NCBI GenBank assembly: GCA_002269645.1
Contig: NIVC01003610.1
Location: 24,057-88,056 of the forward strand
Direction: 5' to 3'
DNA: 64,000 bases
From: Macrostomum lignano
Lineage: Eukaryota
The notes beneath the pieces are model-generated. The model made no database searches. It was not told where the DNA came from and saw nothing but the letters and a program-made list of their open reading frames with translations. The translations under genes were made by a program, and so were the position numbers. Shown piece by piece: positions 1 to 14,775 of this stretch; the first letter of the stretch is position 1, and every line of letters starts with the position of its first letter.

Positions 1-520
1 ATGACTCAAATGTTAAAAATAGTTCTTTGTTTGCGATGCGAACTCCTAATAATTATAAAGCAGAAGCGTTTTCTTCTTCGATTTAGATTTTTTAGGTTAA
101 TCCCCCAGAGAAGAATTTTGACCATTGAACGAACCGCTCAGCACTCACTGAAGTCCATCCAAGAAAATTTTCATTGTCAAACGATTTCGCTTTTGTTCAA
201 TGTATCTACATTAATTGGCGCATCGCAAAAATAACTTTTTAATGGTATTTCTTTTGGCCTTCATTTACCAGGCAGAATTCTTAGCCACACCATGACGAAA
301 CAAATCAAGAAATTTCGTTAGCAAAAGAAGCTGCTGAACAAGTCAAGATTAAAAACACAGACTGCAGGGCAGAATGGATGCGCACTATTATACCTTTTTG
401 CTATTGAATTCGCCACTTTAGCGTTTGATTTTGTCCATTGATCGAACATACTAATACATGGAATAAGATCGTGTGCCACTAAAAAGGGGCACTGCGTTTA
501 ATTTCAGCAGCAGTAGCCAT

Positions 521-1040
521 AGCACATGAGCCATGGATAGTTCCTTAGATAGCACATGAGCCATGGATAGTTCCTTAGATAGCACATGAGCCATGAATAG
601 TTCCTTAGATAGCACATGAGCCATGGATAGTTCCTTAGATAGCACATGAGCCATGAATAGTTCCTTAGATAGCACATGAGCCATGAATAGTTCCTTAGAT
701 AGCACATGAGCCATGGATAGTTCCTTAGATAGCACATGAGCCATGAATAGTTCCTTAGATAGCACATGAGCCATGAATAGTTCCTTAGATAGCACATGAG
801 CCATGAATAGTTCCTTAGATAGCACATGAGCCATGAATAGTTCCTTAGATAGCACATGAGCCATGAATAGTTCCTTAGATAGCACATGAGCCATGGATAG
901 TTCGTTAGATAGCACATGAGCCATGGATAGTTCCTTAGATAGCACATGAGCCATGAATAGTTCCTTAGATAGCACATGAGCCATGAATAGTTCCTTAGAT
1001 AGCACATGAGCCATGAATAGTTCCTTAGATAGCACATGAG
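521..1040. repeat. Minisatellite, 30-bp unit AGCACATGAGCCATG(A/G)ATAGTTCCTTAGAT, about 17 copies
   Basis: Tandem units read directly; explains the repetitive ORFs 451..1044 and 504..1037. Confidence 0.97.
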
Positions 1041-2144
1041 TCATAGGCGAAAGTTAAGGCAGTTTTGCCGAAATCCATTTCTAGTCTCTTCATTTCTCAC
1101 ATTGGTTTGGCCATAGAGAAGCCTATTTTGTTTCCCCCAAAAGCCCCATTTAAAGTTACACCCCAGATTTGTTTCTTTAATTGGCTTGTTCGCCTCGGCC
1201 TAGAAACGCATCCTCAGCCATTCTTTACGCCATAGACAGCAAATCTGGGGGGGGGGGTGTTATTATATTTGAACCCAAGTGTGGCTCACACTGCGGTTTA
1301 AATGAATGGCTTGACGAAGTTAGTCGCAAACGCTGATGTGACTAATTGAATCGAAAAAGGTGCATCAAAAATCTGTAATTAACCTGTAATTAAAGTAAAC
1401 CTAGGTAGAAATCCGGCTTCAATAAGAATTATTCTCAACTTTAAAAGCAAAAACAGTCACAGATGAGCAGTGAAGCACAATCTAGCCAAAGAATGGATAG
1501 ATATATTTATAACCGAGCCTTATTGACGTGCGAAGGGAAAGCTGAGAAAATATTGACTTCCGGCCATTAGAAAGCTGGAGGTAGAGTCAGAAAACTTTTA
1601 TAACTGATTGAGTAAAGCAAACAAGTACCTCATCATAAAAAACGGGCTAGGGCTGTGGGAGATCAATAACTATCCCTCGGAAGTCTTCTTCGATTGCTAT
1701 TCAACTCTCGAAGCCTCATTATCTTCACGGAAATCAGATATGAAGGTGAGCTGTGAGCAGATTATTGATCCATAGACGGAGCAGCGGCGCTAATGACCTG
1801 CTGAATTCAATAGAAAAGCTGAGCCCAGCAGCTCGGCGTTGCGAAGCGATGTGACTTCGAGACAGGGAATATTGACTGACAGCTCAGGTTCTATGGGGCT
1901 TAGCAAAGTCTAAGTGACGAATCAATGTAAGCTTGCACCAATCCGATAATCGGGTCATTTTGATTCTCGCAAATAAGAAGCAATCAAATTTGGAATTATC
2001 ACAAACGCTTGACTCACCGGCCACAGCTTCGCCAATCACGGATAAACATTGGCGCATATTTAAGCGAGAGGATTTTGCGGGGGAGGCTGACCAAGTTTTG
2101 TTTTCCGGCTACAGAGTCCCCCGTCCTTCAGCCCAGCCAGTGAG

Positions 2145-5100
2145 ATGACCGCTTGGCACGCCAGCTTCCGAGCTGTCGCCGCGCCGCTCTGCGCTCTCCT
2201 CGCGCTGTCCACCTGCGCAGGAGCCGTCAAACTGGCGGTGGTCGCTCAGAACGGCAGCATTGGAGACTTGGCCGTGGGCCGAGCCATCGACCTGCTCATC
2301 AACAACTACTGGAAGCTGACGGCATTCAAGACAAACCCCATGACGCACGTCTTTGTTCAGGCCAGCGATGCTGTCGAGGCTATGCGAACTGGTTGGTCTT
2401 ATTACTAATAAGCTTTTCAGATGAGGCGTTGTGGTTCTGTCGCTCGGATAAGGAGATAACCTTGTAGCTTATCTCCTTAATCGCTCAAATCTACAAATCT
2501 AAATATTTACTGAGCGATTAAACTAGGCCATCAGAATATTGCTTATATCATTTCCGCTTTAAAGTCAGAGACTCCTGAGGAGAGTCAGATTTCGATACAC
2601 ATTAGAAACTAAGATGCACTACACTACCAGTTGTTTTGCACCTGCCTCGGTTTTATATCTTCAACGCATTCTTTTTCGATTTAAAACTTAACAATACAGA
2701 CAGTTTAGCTACAAGCGTAATTCAAGGCACATAAGTCTAGACACTTCCATAAATGCCAGTTTAAAACATAATCCAAACCGCGCAAAACGATTTGTCCCAC
2801 TACAAGTAGCATGTCTAGCAACGTACGAGTATGGTCAATAAATCTGTCACTGTCACCAAGCCACAGGCAAACAAAATTTGCATAGGTGCAGTTTTCTATG
2901 AAGACTGAAAAACAAATTCCAGTGTGCAACACACCCGGCCTGCACGGAGTAGTCGCCGTGGGCTCCTGCGCCTTCGTTACCGACGTTCTGGCCGTCTCCA
3001 CCTCAATCAGCGTGCCGGCCGTCGCTGTCTTTCGCGACCTCTGCTTCGTCAACAATACCAATCGTAATGATATTTATTAAACTCTGTCTTTATGACATGT
3101 GCTCCAAGAAACAGTCAGTTAAAGAGTTTGCATTCCTCACAATTTTGCAGCCGTGACTCTAATCTCGAACCCGGACGTCGGAACTTTCCTGGAAGCTGCT
3201 GCGACAATCGTGAGTCGGCTCGAGCAAAAGGCCGTCGTTGTCTTTTACGATAAGTATCAAGGTAAGTCACAAAGGTGCACAGCTTTGCAGTGTGAGTCTC
3301 ACAAGCTCTCTAATCTGATTGCAGATCACCGTCTTCTGGAGAAGCTGCAGCAACTGCTATCGGATAAAAGTATCCCCAGCCTGACTTTCCAAATCGATGA
3401 CTCAGCAAGCAACCTGACCAGCATACTGAGAAACGTCGTTTGGAAGCGTTATCGAAACACATTGGTTCTGTGCACGCCTGAAAATGTCGACGCCGTTTTA
3501 CGAGAGGTGCGAATTCAGGATTGTTTTTGGCACACTTTATACCTATCCTGGCATTCACTAAGAGCATGCTAATTCATTAGAGCCTTTCTCAACACAGGCT
3601 CGGAACACGGGCACACTGAAACTCAACTACTTCTGGACAGTGATCGACACGGGAGTTCGACTTGTGTCCATCGAGGACCTGCTCCCTACAAACGAGTCTG
3701 CAAACATTCTTGTGATCCGAGAGTCGCCCATAGACTTGAAAACGGCCTCAGCCGGTTGCACCTCACAGCTCAAGGCCGTGTTTTCGGACTGCCAAATGAG
3801 CAAATACTCGGTAAGCTTTTATTTACAAACTTCTTCTGCAATAGATTCTAGGCGCTGTCACCAGCCCCAGACTCTGATCATGACTGTACCAGTAGATGCT
3901 GGAGATGAAGGCAGTAGAGGCCGTGCTGTCGTTCGCCAGCGCTACGCAGAGCCTACTGGACAGTTCCGGTCTTCCAGTCAGCAACGCGTCGTGTCGGCCG
4001 TTGCAGCCATGGTTGGCGGGTCCCGCACTGGCTGCGCAGCTGAAGCAGGTACGGATCGTACCGGAACAGGTGCTCATGGATGATGTCGTCTGTCTCAGTC
4101 TGCTCAGTCGAAACCGTTCAACTTTGTAGCAGCGACAGCCGCTGTCAGCTGGGAGCAGCTGGACACCCAGCGACTACTTCCTGGAGGTTCAGGCTACGTT
4201 CCACGACGAGTTCTCCGACCCGGTCCGGTTCGTCAACAGCGGCCGCTTCTTTGTAGGGAACGGCTCTTTAGAGATCAGCTTTCGCTACAGAGGTCGGAGC
4301 CTCATCTTCCCCAACACATTTATTGACTTTAAGAACAAGAGTCTGCGGATTTGCGCTGTCGCGGTAGGTGGAAGAGCAAAGAAATGAAAAATTTCGGTTA
4401 TCTCTTTAGTCCTAAAATAGTTTTTCATTTTCAGTCGAAGCCCTACACCATGTACTCCGGCGGGTTAGTGGGCAATGCTTCTGGCATTACAGCCGATTTG
4501 GCTGCGTTCTTTTCGAAGCATCTCAACTTCACGTACGATTGATTTACTTTAAATAAATGCTGGGGCTTTTGTCTAAACATCATATAATTTAGTTAAAGAG
4601 TTAAACATTAATTTTTCAGCTACTCGATCTTTACGCCACCGGACAACCAGTTTGGCGCCCCGTCTCCTGGCTCCCCGTACTTTACAGGCTGCATCGGCAT
4701 GGTGCAAAAAGGCGTGAGTAGCCCAGACTAACCAATTATTTCGACAAGCTTGTCATTCTGAAATTGAACTCTTCCTCAAATCACATTTAGGAGGCCGACT
4801 TCGCCACACCATTCGCCATCACGACAATCCGATCGAAGGTGATCGACTATTCAGAAGAATTCCTTTTCTCCTCAAACACCATCCTGGTGAAAAGGCCCAT
4901 GGCTGAGTCCAAGCTGTGGAATGTGTTTGCGCCGCTCTCCTGGGACTCCTGGACTCTCATTGTGGCCATGTTCCTGGCCGTACCGCTCCTTATCTACGGG
5001 TTAGCTCGGCTGAGTCCATTCACTGGCTGGAACTTGAACTTGCCCTTTGCTTTTGCTGACGAGGTCTGGCTCAAAGAGTACATCTGGTCGACAGTGGGCA

Positions 5101-6493
5101 GCTTCCTGCAGCAGGGCCAGGACTTTTATCCGTTTGCCATGAGCCCTCGGACAGTATTGGCTTTCTGGTGGATGCTCACCGTTATCATTTTTGCTACCTA
5201 CACTGGTGAGTCGGCCTTCTGGTCACTGTCTCTACACTTTTGAGATGTTTTATAGACCTTCAAAATCGGAGTTTGACAATTTTTACAAGCAAGTGTGTTT
5301 TATGGCGTAGATTAACTGCTCGAATCAAAACTCAGGCAAAATATAATAGAACTTGCTTAGCTATTTTTTTATTGTTTCTGATTGCTTGTAACTTGCGTTT
5401 TTTTGCGATCATAAGAACCGCTCTTCGGCACTGCTCAGGGGACCTCACGGCCAAGCTGGCAGTGACTGTGGCCAAGTACCCAATCCAGAGCTTGGACGAT
5501 CTCATCTCCAAGCCGCACTACAAGGCCATGCTGCCCAGAGGCACCAACATCTACGCTGCTGTGCTGAGCGCCACAGAGGGGCCGCTGCTGCAACTGCGCA
5601 AGCAATGGATGGTGGTTGACTCCTTCGACACCTGCGCTACCAATGTAATTACATATAACTGATGAGGATTAAGAGTTAGACTTAGGCAAGGAAGGTACTT
5701 GTACTCAATTTTTTCTGATCTACATTTGCAAAATATACCAACCCAACTTCAGTTGGTGAGGATGCCGGACCCATACCTGGTGTGCATATCGGACCTCAGC
5801 ATCAGTTTGTTCTACGCTAACGAGCTCTGCAGTGAGATCTACAACGCAGAGAACTACTTTAACACATATTATTTGGCTATGGCCTTCCCACAGGATGCAT
5901 ACTACCTGCCTGCCTTTGACTTCCTGTGAGTGGGAACGAGGGATCAGTAATGTGTGGATGCGAGTTGTGAAAAAGTATCCCCATGCACTCGAAAATTACT
6001 GCAATTATTCTTTTACTCTAAATTAATAGGTCTCTTGCAAACTTTAAACCTCAAACCTCGAATTTTAAATCATTATTTGTATCATTTAAAAATTCGAACG
6101 AACTTTATGTACCATAAAATTGACAGTTTTGCCTGAAACAGAAGTTCTGCCTTCTAGTGAGACTGCATCTGCAAGTGCTTCGTACTGTAAATTCTACAAT
6201 AATTGGTATTCGTTTTTTGCCAAGTCTCCTTTCAAAATATTCCTCTCAGGATTCAGAGAAGCAAAGCGAACGGCGTCATGAGCATGATCACTGGCAAGTA
6301 CATCCCACAGACTGCCGAGTGCGGCTCCGCCGTCAGCGCAGCTGCTGAGGCTGCGGCCATCCCCCTGGAGGGCGTTGGTGGTGCCTACATCGTCAGTCTG
6401 GGCCTCTACGTGTGCGGCGGCCTCATCCTGTTGATTGAGCTGCTCTGGGTGTTGCTGTTGAAGAAGGAGTCGCTGGATTTTCCGGGTTTTTGA
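2145..6493 (+). CDS. Ionotropic glutamate receptor-like / IR-family channel subunit, copy 1 (13 exons, about 836 aa)
   Basis: Exons with GT-AG junctions: 2145-2391, 2923-3063, 3151-3261, 3325-3506, 3598-3810, 3896-4048, 4130-4363, 4435-4532, 4620-4713, 4791-5205, 5439-5644, 5753-5925, 6250-6493. Sum 2511 nt, in frame. Signal peptide, ATD-like region, S1 (GCIGMVQKGEADFATPFAITTIRSKVIDYS), M1, pore (WSTVGSFLQQG), M3 (TYTGDLTAKLAV), S2, M4 (LEGVGGAYIVSLGL). Confidence 0.93.
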
Positions 6494-7380
6494 TAGCTAC
6501 CGTTCTATCTGCAACTCACAATAATAATAAAACAGGCTATTCATTATTGCACCTGTACCACACCTGCTTGGTAGCTTGGTAGCCATAGTAAGCAACACCC
6601 AGAACCTTAGAAGTGCCACTTTTCTCTCACAAACAACTGAAGCTTACATTTCCTTCAGAAGAATGATTTTTCAGACACAGTGAATTACAGGCATATAATA
6701 CACCCGAGCAGGCATAGAAGGCAAGCAGCTATAAGAATTCTTATTAAAAGTTTTTTTGCTTCTGCTTTTTAACAGTGAAAATCAACTGCAAAATAAAAAT
6801 GGGAAAAGTCTTGATTCAAGAACCTATTTTTCCTGTTGTCAATAACTTTCTTCGTCTAAATTACTTTTTGCATACTCGCAATCACTTTCGCCGCAGGAGT
6901 TGGTACGTGTACACCCAAAAAGTTACGAAAAAGCTTCCAAAAAATCACAAAACAGTCAGAGGAAAATCTTTTTTTGACCAAGTAGCTACTTCCGCTTTAT
7001 CCTGAAGGTGTTCAAATCTTGGTGAACTCTGCTTCACAATAATACATGGAAGGAAGTGCGTACAATCGAAAGATAAAAGGAAAGCCGTGGCTATGAACAA
7101 TTTTCTTTACATTCTTATGAAATCCTTTGCAGCAGGCTCTGACTAATCAGAGGCTGTCGCTCGTCTGAAGAAAAATCTTCCAAGTTCAAAGAGAGCGTGA
7201 ATGAGATCAAAGAGATCGCAGCGGAGAACACATTCAGCAGATACTTTGACGCTAATGCGCTCACATTAACTGCTTGGCGTCAAACTCTTGTATCAATTCT
7301 TGCGTTGGTTTGTTACTGATTCTGAGTAGAAACTCCACTACTCTGCCCTGCGTGCGTGCGTGCTCTCTCGAGCGGAGTCG

Positions 7381-7788
7381 CTTGTCTCTGCGTGCTTGTC
7401 TCTGCGTGCTTGTCTCTGCGTGCTTGTCTCTGCGTGCTTGTCTCTGCGTGCTTGTCTCTGCGTGCTTGTCTCTGCGTGCTTGTCTCTGCGTGCTTGTCTC
7501 TGCGTGCTTGTCTCTGCGTGCTTGTCTCTGCGTGCTTGTCTCTGCGTGCTTGTCTCTGCGTGCTTGTCTCTGCGTGCTTGTCTCTGCGTGCTTGTCTCTG
7601 CGTGCTTGTCTCTGCGTGCTTGTCTCTGCGTGCTTGTCTCTGCGTGCTTGTCTCTGCGTGCTTGTCTCTGCGTGCTTGTCTCTGCGTGCTTGTCTCTGCG
7701 TGCTTGTCTCTGCGTGCTTGTCTCTGCGTGCTTGTCTCTGCGTGCTTGTCTCTGCGTGCTTGTCTCTGCGTGCTTGTCTCTGCGTGCT
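7381..7788. repeat. Minisatellite, 14-bp unit CTTGTCTCTGCGTG, about 29 copies
   Basis: Near-perfect tandem array between receptor copies 1 and 2. Confidence 0.97.
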
Positions 7789-8640
7789 ATATGATGCTTA
7801 AAACGTTATTTAACTTAAAAAGTAAAAGCCACATGATCTAGGATAATCTTTTTTTACCTTTTTTATAAATGTACTACAAGTATTTTGGCGAAAGTCGTGG
7901 CGCCGTCGCCCCTTTTTTTGCGTCTCGCCTGCGTGAGCTTAAAATATTTTCTACTTAAAGAGTTTTTCCAATTTCTAGCATCCCTGTTTGCATTCGATGC
8001 GCCAAATGTAGCTTTAATTTGAGCTGTTGCTTTTACGGGGTTGTTTCAGGAAATACCCTTTCGTACCAATAGTGACCTTGGATGTTACTACTAAAAGAAA
8101 AAAACCAGCGTTCTTTAGGTTTGATGAAGGAAAAGTCCCGCCTGGACAATGAGAAACCCGATCGCTGAAGCGAACCTCATTAAATAAGATATCGAAGGTG
8201 AAGCCAGGCAATTTGAAGGTTGCCAAGCCCTGCGGTAGATTCTATTTCATAGAGATGCGGAACTCAGCAGTCCTGAGTCCCTTCTACCGCGGGTGTTTTG
8301 CCACCGGACCAACAGCACCGCGACTAAATAGCTGTAACTGGAAACCCAATCGACTCAAGCTTGTTATCCGAAAAAGGTGAGATCTTTCTGGCTGCAAAGA
8401 CAGGCATCAGGATGTAGTACAGAACACATCCCATCTTATGCTGCCTTGAAAATCGCCTGATCTCGTTAGAACCTTCCCATTTTTACTTAATGAGACTGCA
8501 GTTGAATAACCAGCCTCTGATCGATCGGAAACATCTGATACCAAAACCAGCTCCAGTTCAGCCAGATCTCAATAAATAGCTCCAGTGTCCCACTCCGGCA
8601 GCGGCTCGCGGCTCTCACACACGCGATCTTTAAGTCAGTC

Positions 8641-11600
8641 ATGTGGCACGAGCTGCGAACGCTGCTGCTCCTGCTGGCCCTGCACGCCTGCAGCGGGTCA
8701 TCCGTGCGCCTGGCTGTTGTAAGCGAAGCCGGAAGTCTCGCGGACAGTTCGATCATCACCACAGCGGTGGACAAGCTGGTCAACGGAAACTGGAGGTATC
8801 CGGCATTCAAGACCAGTCCGATGTCGCTGGAGCTGCTGCCGACTGCGGACTCAGTGGAGGCTGCGCAGAGAGGTAAAAACAGCTTGCGATACAAATGTAT
8901 TGTAGAATTCTAAGAAAGAAAATTATGTACTCGTACTTTGGTGACAATCAATAGCTGATTAGGTTCAACGACGACTTGCTTGCTTACCCGGAAAATCTCT
9001 TCTGAAACTTCAGTGTGTCGATCGACAGGTCTCAACGGCTTGGTCGTCGTCGGCTCTTGTCAGTTCGTCTCGGATGTGCTCAAAATCTCTGGCTCCCTAC
9101 AATTACCGACAGTCGCAGTTCTCAGAGGCCTTTGTCGGCTACCCAGTGTGCCAGGTAAAACCCTTATTACCACAACCTATCTACTGACGCACACTTGCTT
9201 ACATCACAGACAAGAATGAATCGCATGTCTTTACAGACTCAGCGATCGTATCGAGTCCACTGGCGACTGACTTCTTGAGGGCGACCGCAGAAGCAATGGA
9301 CCGAGTCTCCGCTAATCTGGTCGCTGTCCTTCACGACAGACAACAGGGTGCGCATGTCTTCCTCAAGATTACTCGTAACGCCCCATTTGTAAGTTGACAG
9401 CAATGCCTTCCTCAACCATGGTGGCCAACACTCGTCATTGCAGACCACTTGCTGCTTGAGCAGCTTCAGCAACTGCTCTCGGAGAAGAGAATCGCCAGCA
9501 TGATGTTTCAGTTCGACGAGTCGGCCACCAATTTGACACAAATCCTGCAAAACAGCGTCAAGGCTCAGATTCGATACTGTGTGGTCGTCTGCGAGCCCGA
9601 CAAGATCCCACTCGTCTTCGAGCAGGTGAGCTCAGGTACAAATTCTTTCGCACAATCGATTAGGGCTTAATATCATTTGGTTGTCATTCCAGGCTCGGAA
9701 CACAGCCACACTGCAGATCAACTACTTCTGGACCGTGATTGACACAGGAATTTCGCCAAGAACTATCGAGACTCTGATCCCCGCGAATGGGTCTGCGAAC
9801 ATCCTCTTGATCCGTGAGTCGGCAGTTCTTCTCAAAGAAATGGACTGCTCTGTAGATCTCGGAGTCGTGTATCCGGACTGCCAGTTCAGCAAGCGTTCGG
9901 TGAGGAACTCGTTCCCTGCAAACTTCTTCTGCGATGGAGCTTAGGCGCTGGCGATCTATCTGCAGTAGACCCTGAATATCCCTCAGATGCTGGAGCTGAA
10001 GGCGTTGGAGGCCGTGCTGTCATTCGCCAGAGCTACACAGAGCCTGCTGGACAGCTCCGACCTCGGCCTGACCGCCAGCAACGCGTCGTGTCGGCCGCTG
10101 CAGCCGTGGTCGGCGGGTCCCGCAGTGGCTGCGCAGCTGAAGCAGGTTGGAGTTCAGTTGCCTGTCTGACTCAGATTCTTAGCGACATGTGCGATTTGTG
10201 GTTGAGTTTGCTTTACACCGGCATACTTAATAGCTGAATCAGAGAACAGAAAGCAAAGCTTACTGGAACCACGGCTGTAATTAATGCTTAACCCCATATT
10301 TCCTGGCATGCCTCATAGCAGCGGCTCAGCCCAGCCAACGGAAGTGCGGGGCACCGGAGCGACTACTTCCTGGAGATGCTGGGCCTGCTTAGCAACCCGG
10401 AGGCAGTCGCGGAACTAGTGCCAAGCGGCCGGTTTATCGTCGAGAACGGCAGCCTTGTAGTGACCTTCGAGTACAAGGAGCGCGAGCTGCTGTTTCCCAA
10501 CACCTTCGTGGACTTCAAGGGAGCTCGACTGCGGGTCTGCGCGCCGCCGGTAAGGGCTTTCTTTTCAGCGAAATATGTAACTTTTGCCTCGTTTCTCGAA
10601 TTTACTTGCAATCAAATATCTCTTTTGGTGCAGATCTTAAATAATAATAATTGATTACCCATGCCCCAATGGTCAAGCGACAGCTCAGCCGCAGCTATTG
10701 CGCGGCGCCTCTGAATGCTGCGTACGGCTGTTCAGTCCAAGGACTCTCAATCGCTACTCACCCTCAATTATCCCAGCTAATGTTGGTACCCATTTTTCAG
10801 CTTTGTGAACTGAAGCAATGCAGAGTTATGTTTTATTGTTCATGCTCAAAGACAAATTGTTTCGAGCGGGTCGAGAATCGAATTCCCGACCTTTCAGTCA
10901 TGAGTCAGACGCACTCCCAATGGGCTACAACCCCCCTGAAGACGCTGAGGTTGTCTGATGAAGCTTAATTTTGTTTTAAATTGTGCTTGGAGTAATGAAG
11001 TAGTGTTCGATTCATACAGTTGTGCAAACAGTAAAACGCTGGAAATGACTTAATTCATATAATGAAGCAAAACTGGCATGATTTAATTATCTTGTCTGCA
11101 TGCTAAGCTGATACTCTGCATGAACCAATCCAGTTTCCACCTTACACGGTCTACGAGAACTACACATTTGGCAGAGCTTCTGGACACTCGGTCGAAATGC
11201 TTAGCTACTTTACCAGGCACCTCAATTTTACGTAAGCCATATTATTTTTCATCAGTCATCTCTACATGAAAATATGCTTCATTTTTTATGCCTCAATTTG
11301 AAGGTACGACCTGTTCTCTCCGCCGGATAACCAGTTCGGGGCACCTGTGGAGGGCTCACCCTACTTTACTGGCTGCATCGGCATGCTGCAGAAAAGAGTG
11401 AGCGCAGTGAACATACGAGCGTATGTTCACTTCCAAATGAATTCAACACACTGAATGACTGAATCTGTTTCTGTCTTTCAGCAAGCGGATTTCGCGATGC
11501 TGTTCGCTACTACTACTTTCCGCCATAAAGTAGTCGACTACTCGGATGAGTACCAGTTCTCGTCCAACACCATCCTAGTGAAAATGCCTCCACCAGAGTC

Positions 11601-13598
11601 CAAGCTGTGGAATGTGTTCACGCCGCTCTCCTGGGACTCTTGGCTGCTCATTATTGCCATGTTCGTCATTGTTCCAGTCGTTATCTTCATTTTCGCCAAG
11701 CTCAGTCCCTTTAGCGCCTGGACTTTGGGCTTGCCTTATGCGTTTTCTGACGAAGTCTGGCTAAAGGAATACGTCTGGTCGGTCATTGGCAGCTTCTTGC
11801 AGCAGGGCCAGGACTTTTACCCGTTCTCGATGAGTCCTCGAACTGTCATGGCGTTCTGGTGGATGCTCACAGTAGTCATTTTTGGAGCATATACAGGTGG
11901 TTAAGCTAGGTTGTTTTATCAAATCTAATGCTTATGACTGCAGTTGATCAAATGTTAGTGCGTTTTCTATCCCTTTCCTTCAGGGGACCTCACGGCCAAG
12001 CTTGCTGTGACGGTGGCCAAGTACCCGATCGAGAGCTTGGAGGATCTGATCGCCAGGCCGCACTACAAGGCCATGGTTGCCCAGGGCACCAACATCTACG
12101 GCTCAATCATGCTGGCGACGGAAGGTCCCTTGACTATGCTACGCAAACAGATGGAGCTTGTTGACACAATGGCCACCTGCGCCGAGACTGTGAGTTTGAG
12201 TGTCATGGTTTTAGATTGATTTACATTCGATGAAGTCAACAAAGCCTGAGGCTCTCAGTCAGGTCTGAAAAAGCACTTCACCGAACTTACCCTCAGCTCC
12301 TCAAGCCGGACGCGAGCCCGTACCTGGTGTGCGTCTCAGACCAGAGCAGCAATTCTTATTACGCCAGCGCATTCTGCAAGCAGGTTTACCAAGCCAAAAA
12401 TTTCTTCAACTTTTACTACTTGGCTATGACGTTTCCACAGGATGTCTACTACCTTCCAGCATTTGACTTTCTGTAAGTTTCATATTCTTCATTATCCTTT
12501 AATGTTCTTGAATATAGCTACCTTCATTAGCTGTCATATATAGCTGTCATTAGGTTTTATGACATTTGGTTATATTTTATTTATTTTATACTTTGGTTAT
12601 ATTTTATTACACGTATAGTGCCAGGTGAAAAAAAAACTAACTGAGCTTTGCAGCCGCAATTTTACGATTTTTTCGGCTTCAAATCCCCACCAGCGACAAC
12701 CAAACTTCAAAACCCAGCACGACATTCCACAACCAAACCTCGAACAACAGAATAACACTCCACAACCAAACCTCTAACAACAGAATAACACTCCACAACC
12801 AAACCTCGAACAACAGAATAACACTCCACAACCAAACCTCGAACAACAGAATAACACTCCACAACCAAACCTCGAACAACAGAATAACACTCCACAACCA
12901 AACCTCGAACAACAGAATAACACTCCACAACCAAACCTCGAACAACAGAATAACACTCCACAACCAAACCTCGAACAACAGAATAACACTCCACAACCAA
13001 ACCTCGAACAACAGAATAACACTCCACAACCAAACCTCGAACAACAGAATAACACTCCACAACCAAACCTCGAACAACAGAATAACACTCCACAACCAAA
13101 CCTCGAACAACAGAATAACACTCCACAACCAAACCTCGAACAACAGAATAACACTCCACAACCAAACCTCGAACAACAGAATAACACTCCACAACCAAAC
13201 CTCGAACCACAGAACGATACTATATTCTACAGCCGAACATTGAACCACCACAGAACTAAGTGCCACAACCGAACCTTGAACCACCACAGAACTAAGTGCC
13301 ACAACCGAACCTCGAACCAGAACATGTAAAGTCACAGCAAAAACTCGAACCCTACAGACTGCAGCGCGGCAAGGAGAGCGGCTTCGTCGATGTGGTGACT
13401 CGCAAGTTCATTCCTTCGACAAGCGACTGCAACGTCAACACGGCCGCCGCTGAGGCCGCAGCCATCCCACTGGAGGGTGTGGGTGGCGCCTACATCGTCA
13501 GTCTGTCGCTCTACCTGTGCGGCGGTGTCATCCTGCTGATCGAGCTGTTCTGGGTGGTCAGGCTGCAGAGGGACCCGCTCGATATGCCCGGATACTGA
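8641..13598 (+). CDS. Ionotropic glutamate receptor-like / IR-family channel subunit, copy 2 (13 exons, about 830 aa)
   Basis: Exons: 8641-8872, 9014-9154, 9237-9347, 9444-9625, 9693-9899, 9987-10145, 10319-10549, 11134-11231, 11304-11397, 11482-11896, 11984-12189, 12297-12472, 13358-13598. Sum 2493 nt, in frame. Same intron phases as copy 1; GSFLQQG pore, AYTGDLTAKLAV M3, C-terminus LDMPGY. Confidence 0.93.
10652..10936 (-). mobile_element. tRNA-derived CORE-type SINE, copy 1 (in intron 7 of receptor copy 2)
   Basis: Homologous to copies at 16670, 26081 and 44651; tRNA-like head at the high-coordinate end; (ATT)n-like tail on the minus strand. Confidence 0.8.
12727..13212. repeat. Minisatellite, 33-bp unit CCACAACCAAACCTCGAACAACAGAATAACACT, about 14-15 copies, in intron 12 of receptor copy 2
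   Basis: Tandem units read directly; degenerate copies continue to about 13320. Confidence 0.96.
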
Positions 13599-14775
13599 TG
13601 GCATCGGCCAGCCGGGCGAACCATGTACTATTGGAATAACTGCAGTCTAAATATAACTTTGAGCCGTTCTTGTTAGGATCAAACCAATTACTGTTGTTTC
13701 ACGGCGTATCACTCGCCTTCTATTGAATTTTATTTTAGGGCTTAATTCTGCTGGAATGTCATTGGAGAGACAGAAGAACTACAATTTAATCATTCAATCG
13801 GATGATTTGCTGCCTTTATGCAATTACGACGTTCGCATGAAGCTATCCTGTGTTTGATCGGAGGTCTTATCTCTCCAATGTACTTTTTCTGTACGGAGAT
13901 TTTTAGTCCGGATTTTTTTAAAATCAAGAATTTCCGTGGTAGACCCAAATTTGATGCAGAAAAAGATTCTGGAAAAAAAATTATTTAGAGAATAGTGCTT
14001 GGAGCTAACAGCCTTTTCCGGGTTGCACTTTTATAGCTGTGGATTTTCTTTTATTATGTACGAAAGTACCTAAAATTGATGGAGGACGTGAAGAAAAGTT
14101 ATATTGTACGCTAGTATACTGAAACAACTTTTATTTTCAATCGCACTTGAGAAACATTTTTGAAGCACCGGTTTGTTGCCATGCCTTGCTAGCTAAGCCT
14201 GAGAAGGCAGCAGTGCTTCTTTTAGGTCGTAGCCGCTGCAACCTAAGACCCATAGTTGTTGTTTCCTATCTATAACTTTATAGACTTTATGATTCTCCAA
14301 TCCCTAACACAGAGATCAGTAGCTATTAGAACACTAATCCTATCCAAGTACACAATAGAAATATACATTTCTGCAAATATTTTCTGCAACTTCCATGATG
14401 CAGCAAGTGAACCAAATTGATCTGGAGGCATCTTTCAACTCATTTCTTCCTCACTGAATCAGGCAAAACCAAATTGACCCGTCTATTTTGCTGTTAATTG
14501 GAGTTAAACCTAAAGAAGATTCGAGTAGCGTTGGAGAAGGGAAGCGCGGTAGCAACCCCAAACCCAAAAAGAACAAGAAAAAACATGAAGCATGAAAGGT
14601 GACAGGCAGAAGAAAATCACCGCGCCACACAGAGCACCGTTCACGCTCCGCCGAAGTTGCACTTCCAGTTGATCAGCGACGCGGTCACTAAGGCAACGCT
14701 AACGCAGCTTTCCACAGGCTAAGGCTGGATGCCCGTAGAACCGCAGCAGGAAGAGTGGCAGATGCCGATGCAGCT

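Noticed and set aside
1155-1260. Small inverted repeat CCCCAGATTTG...CAAATCTGGGG
   Set aside because: Only about 11-13 bp arms, single occurrence, and no target-site duplication seen; insufficient for a MITE call.
8440-8472. 5S rRNA-like snippet (TTGAAAATCGCCTGATCTCGTTAGA) at the start of the duplicated segment
   Set aside because: Only about 25 nt of loose similarity, and no remainder of a 5S gene.
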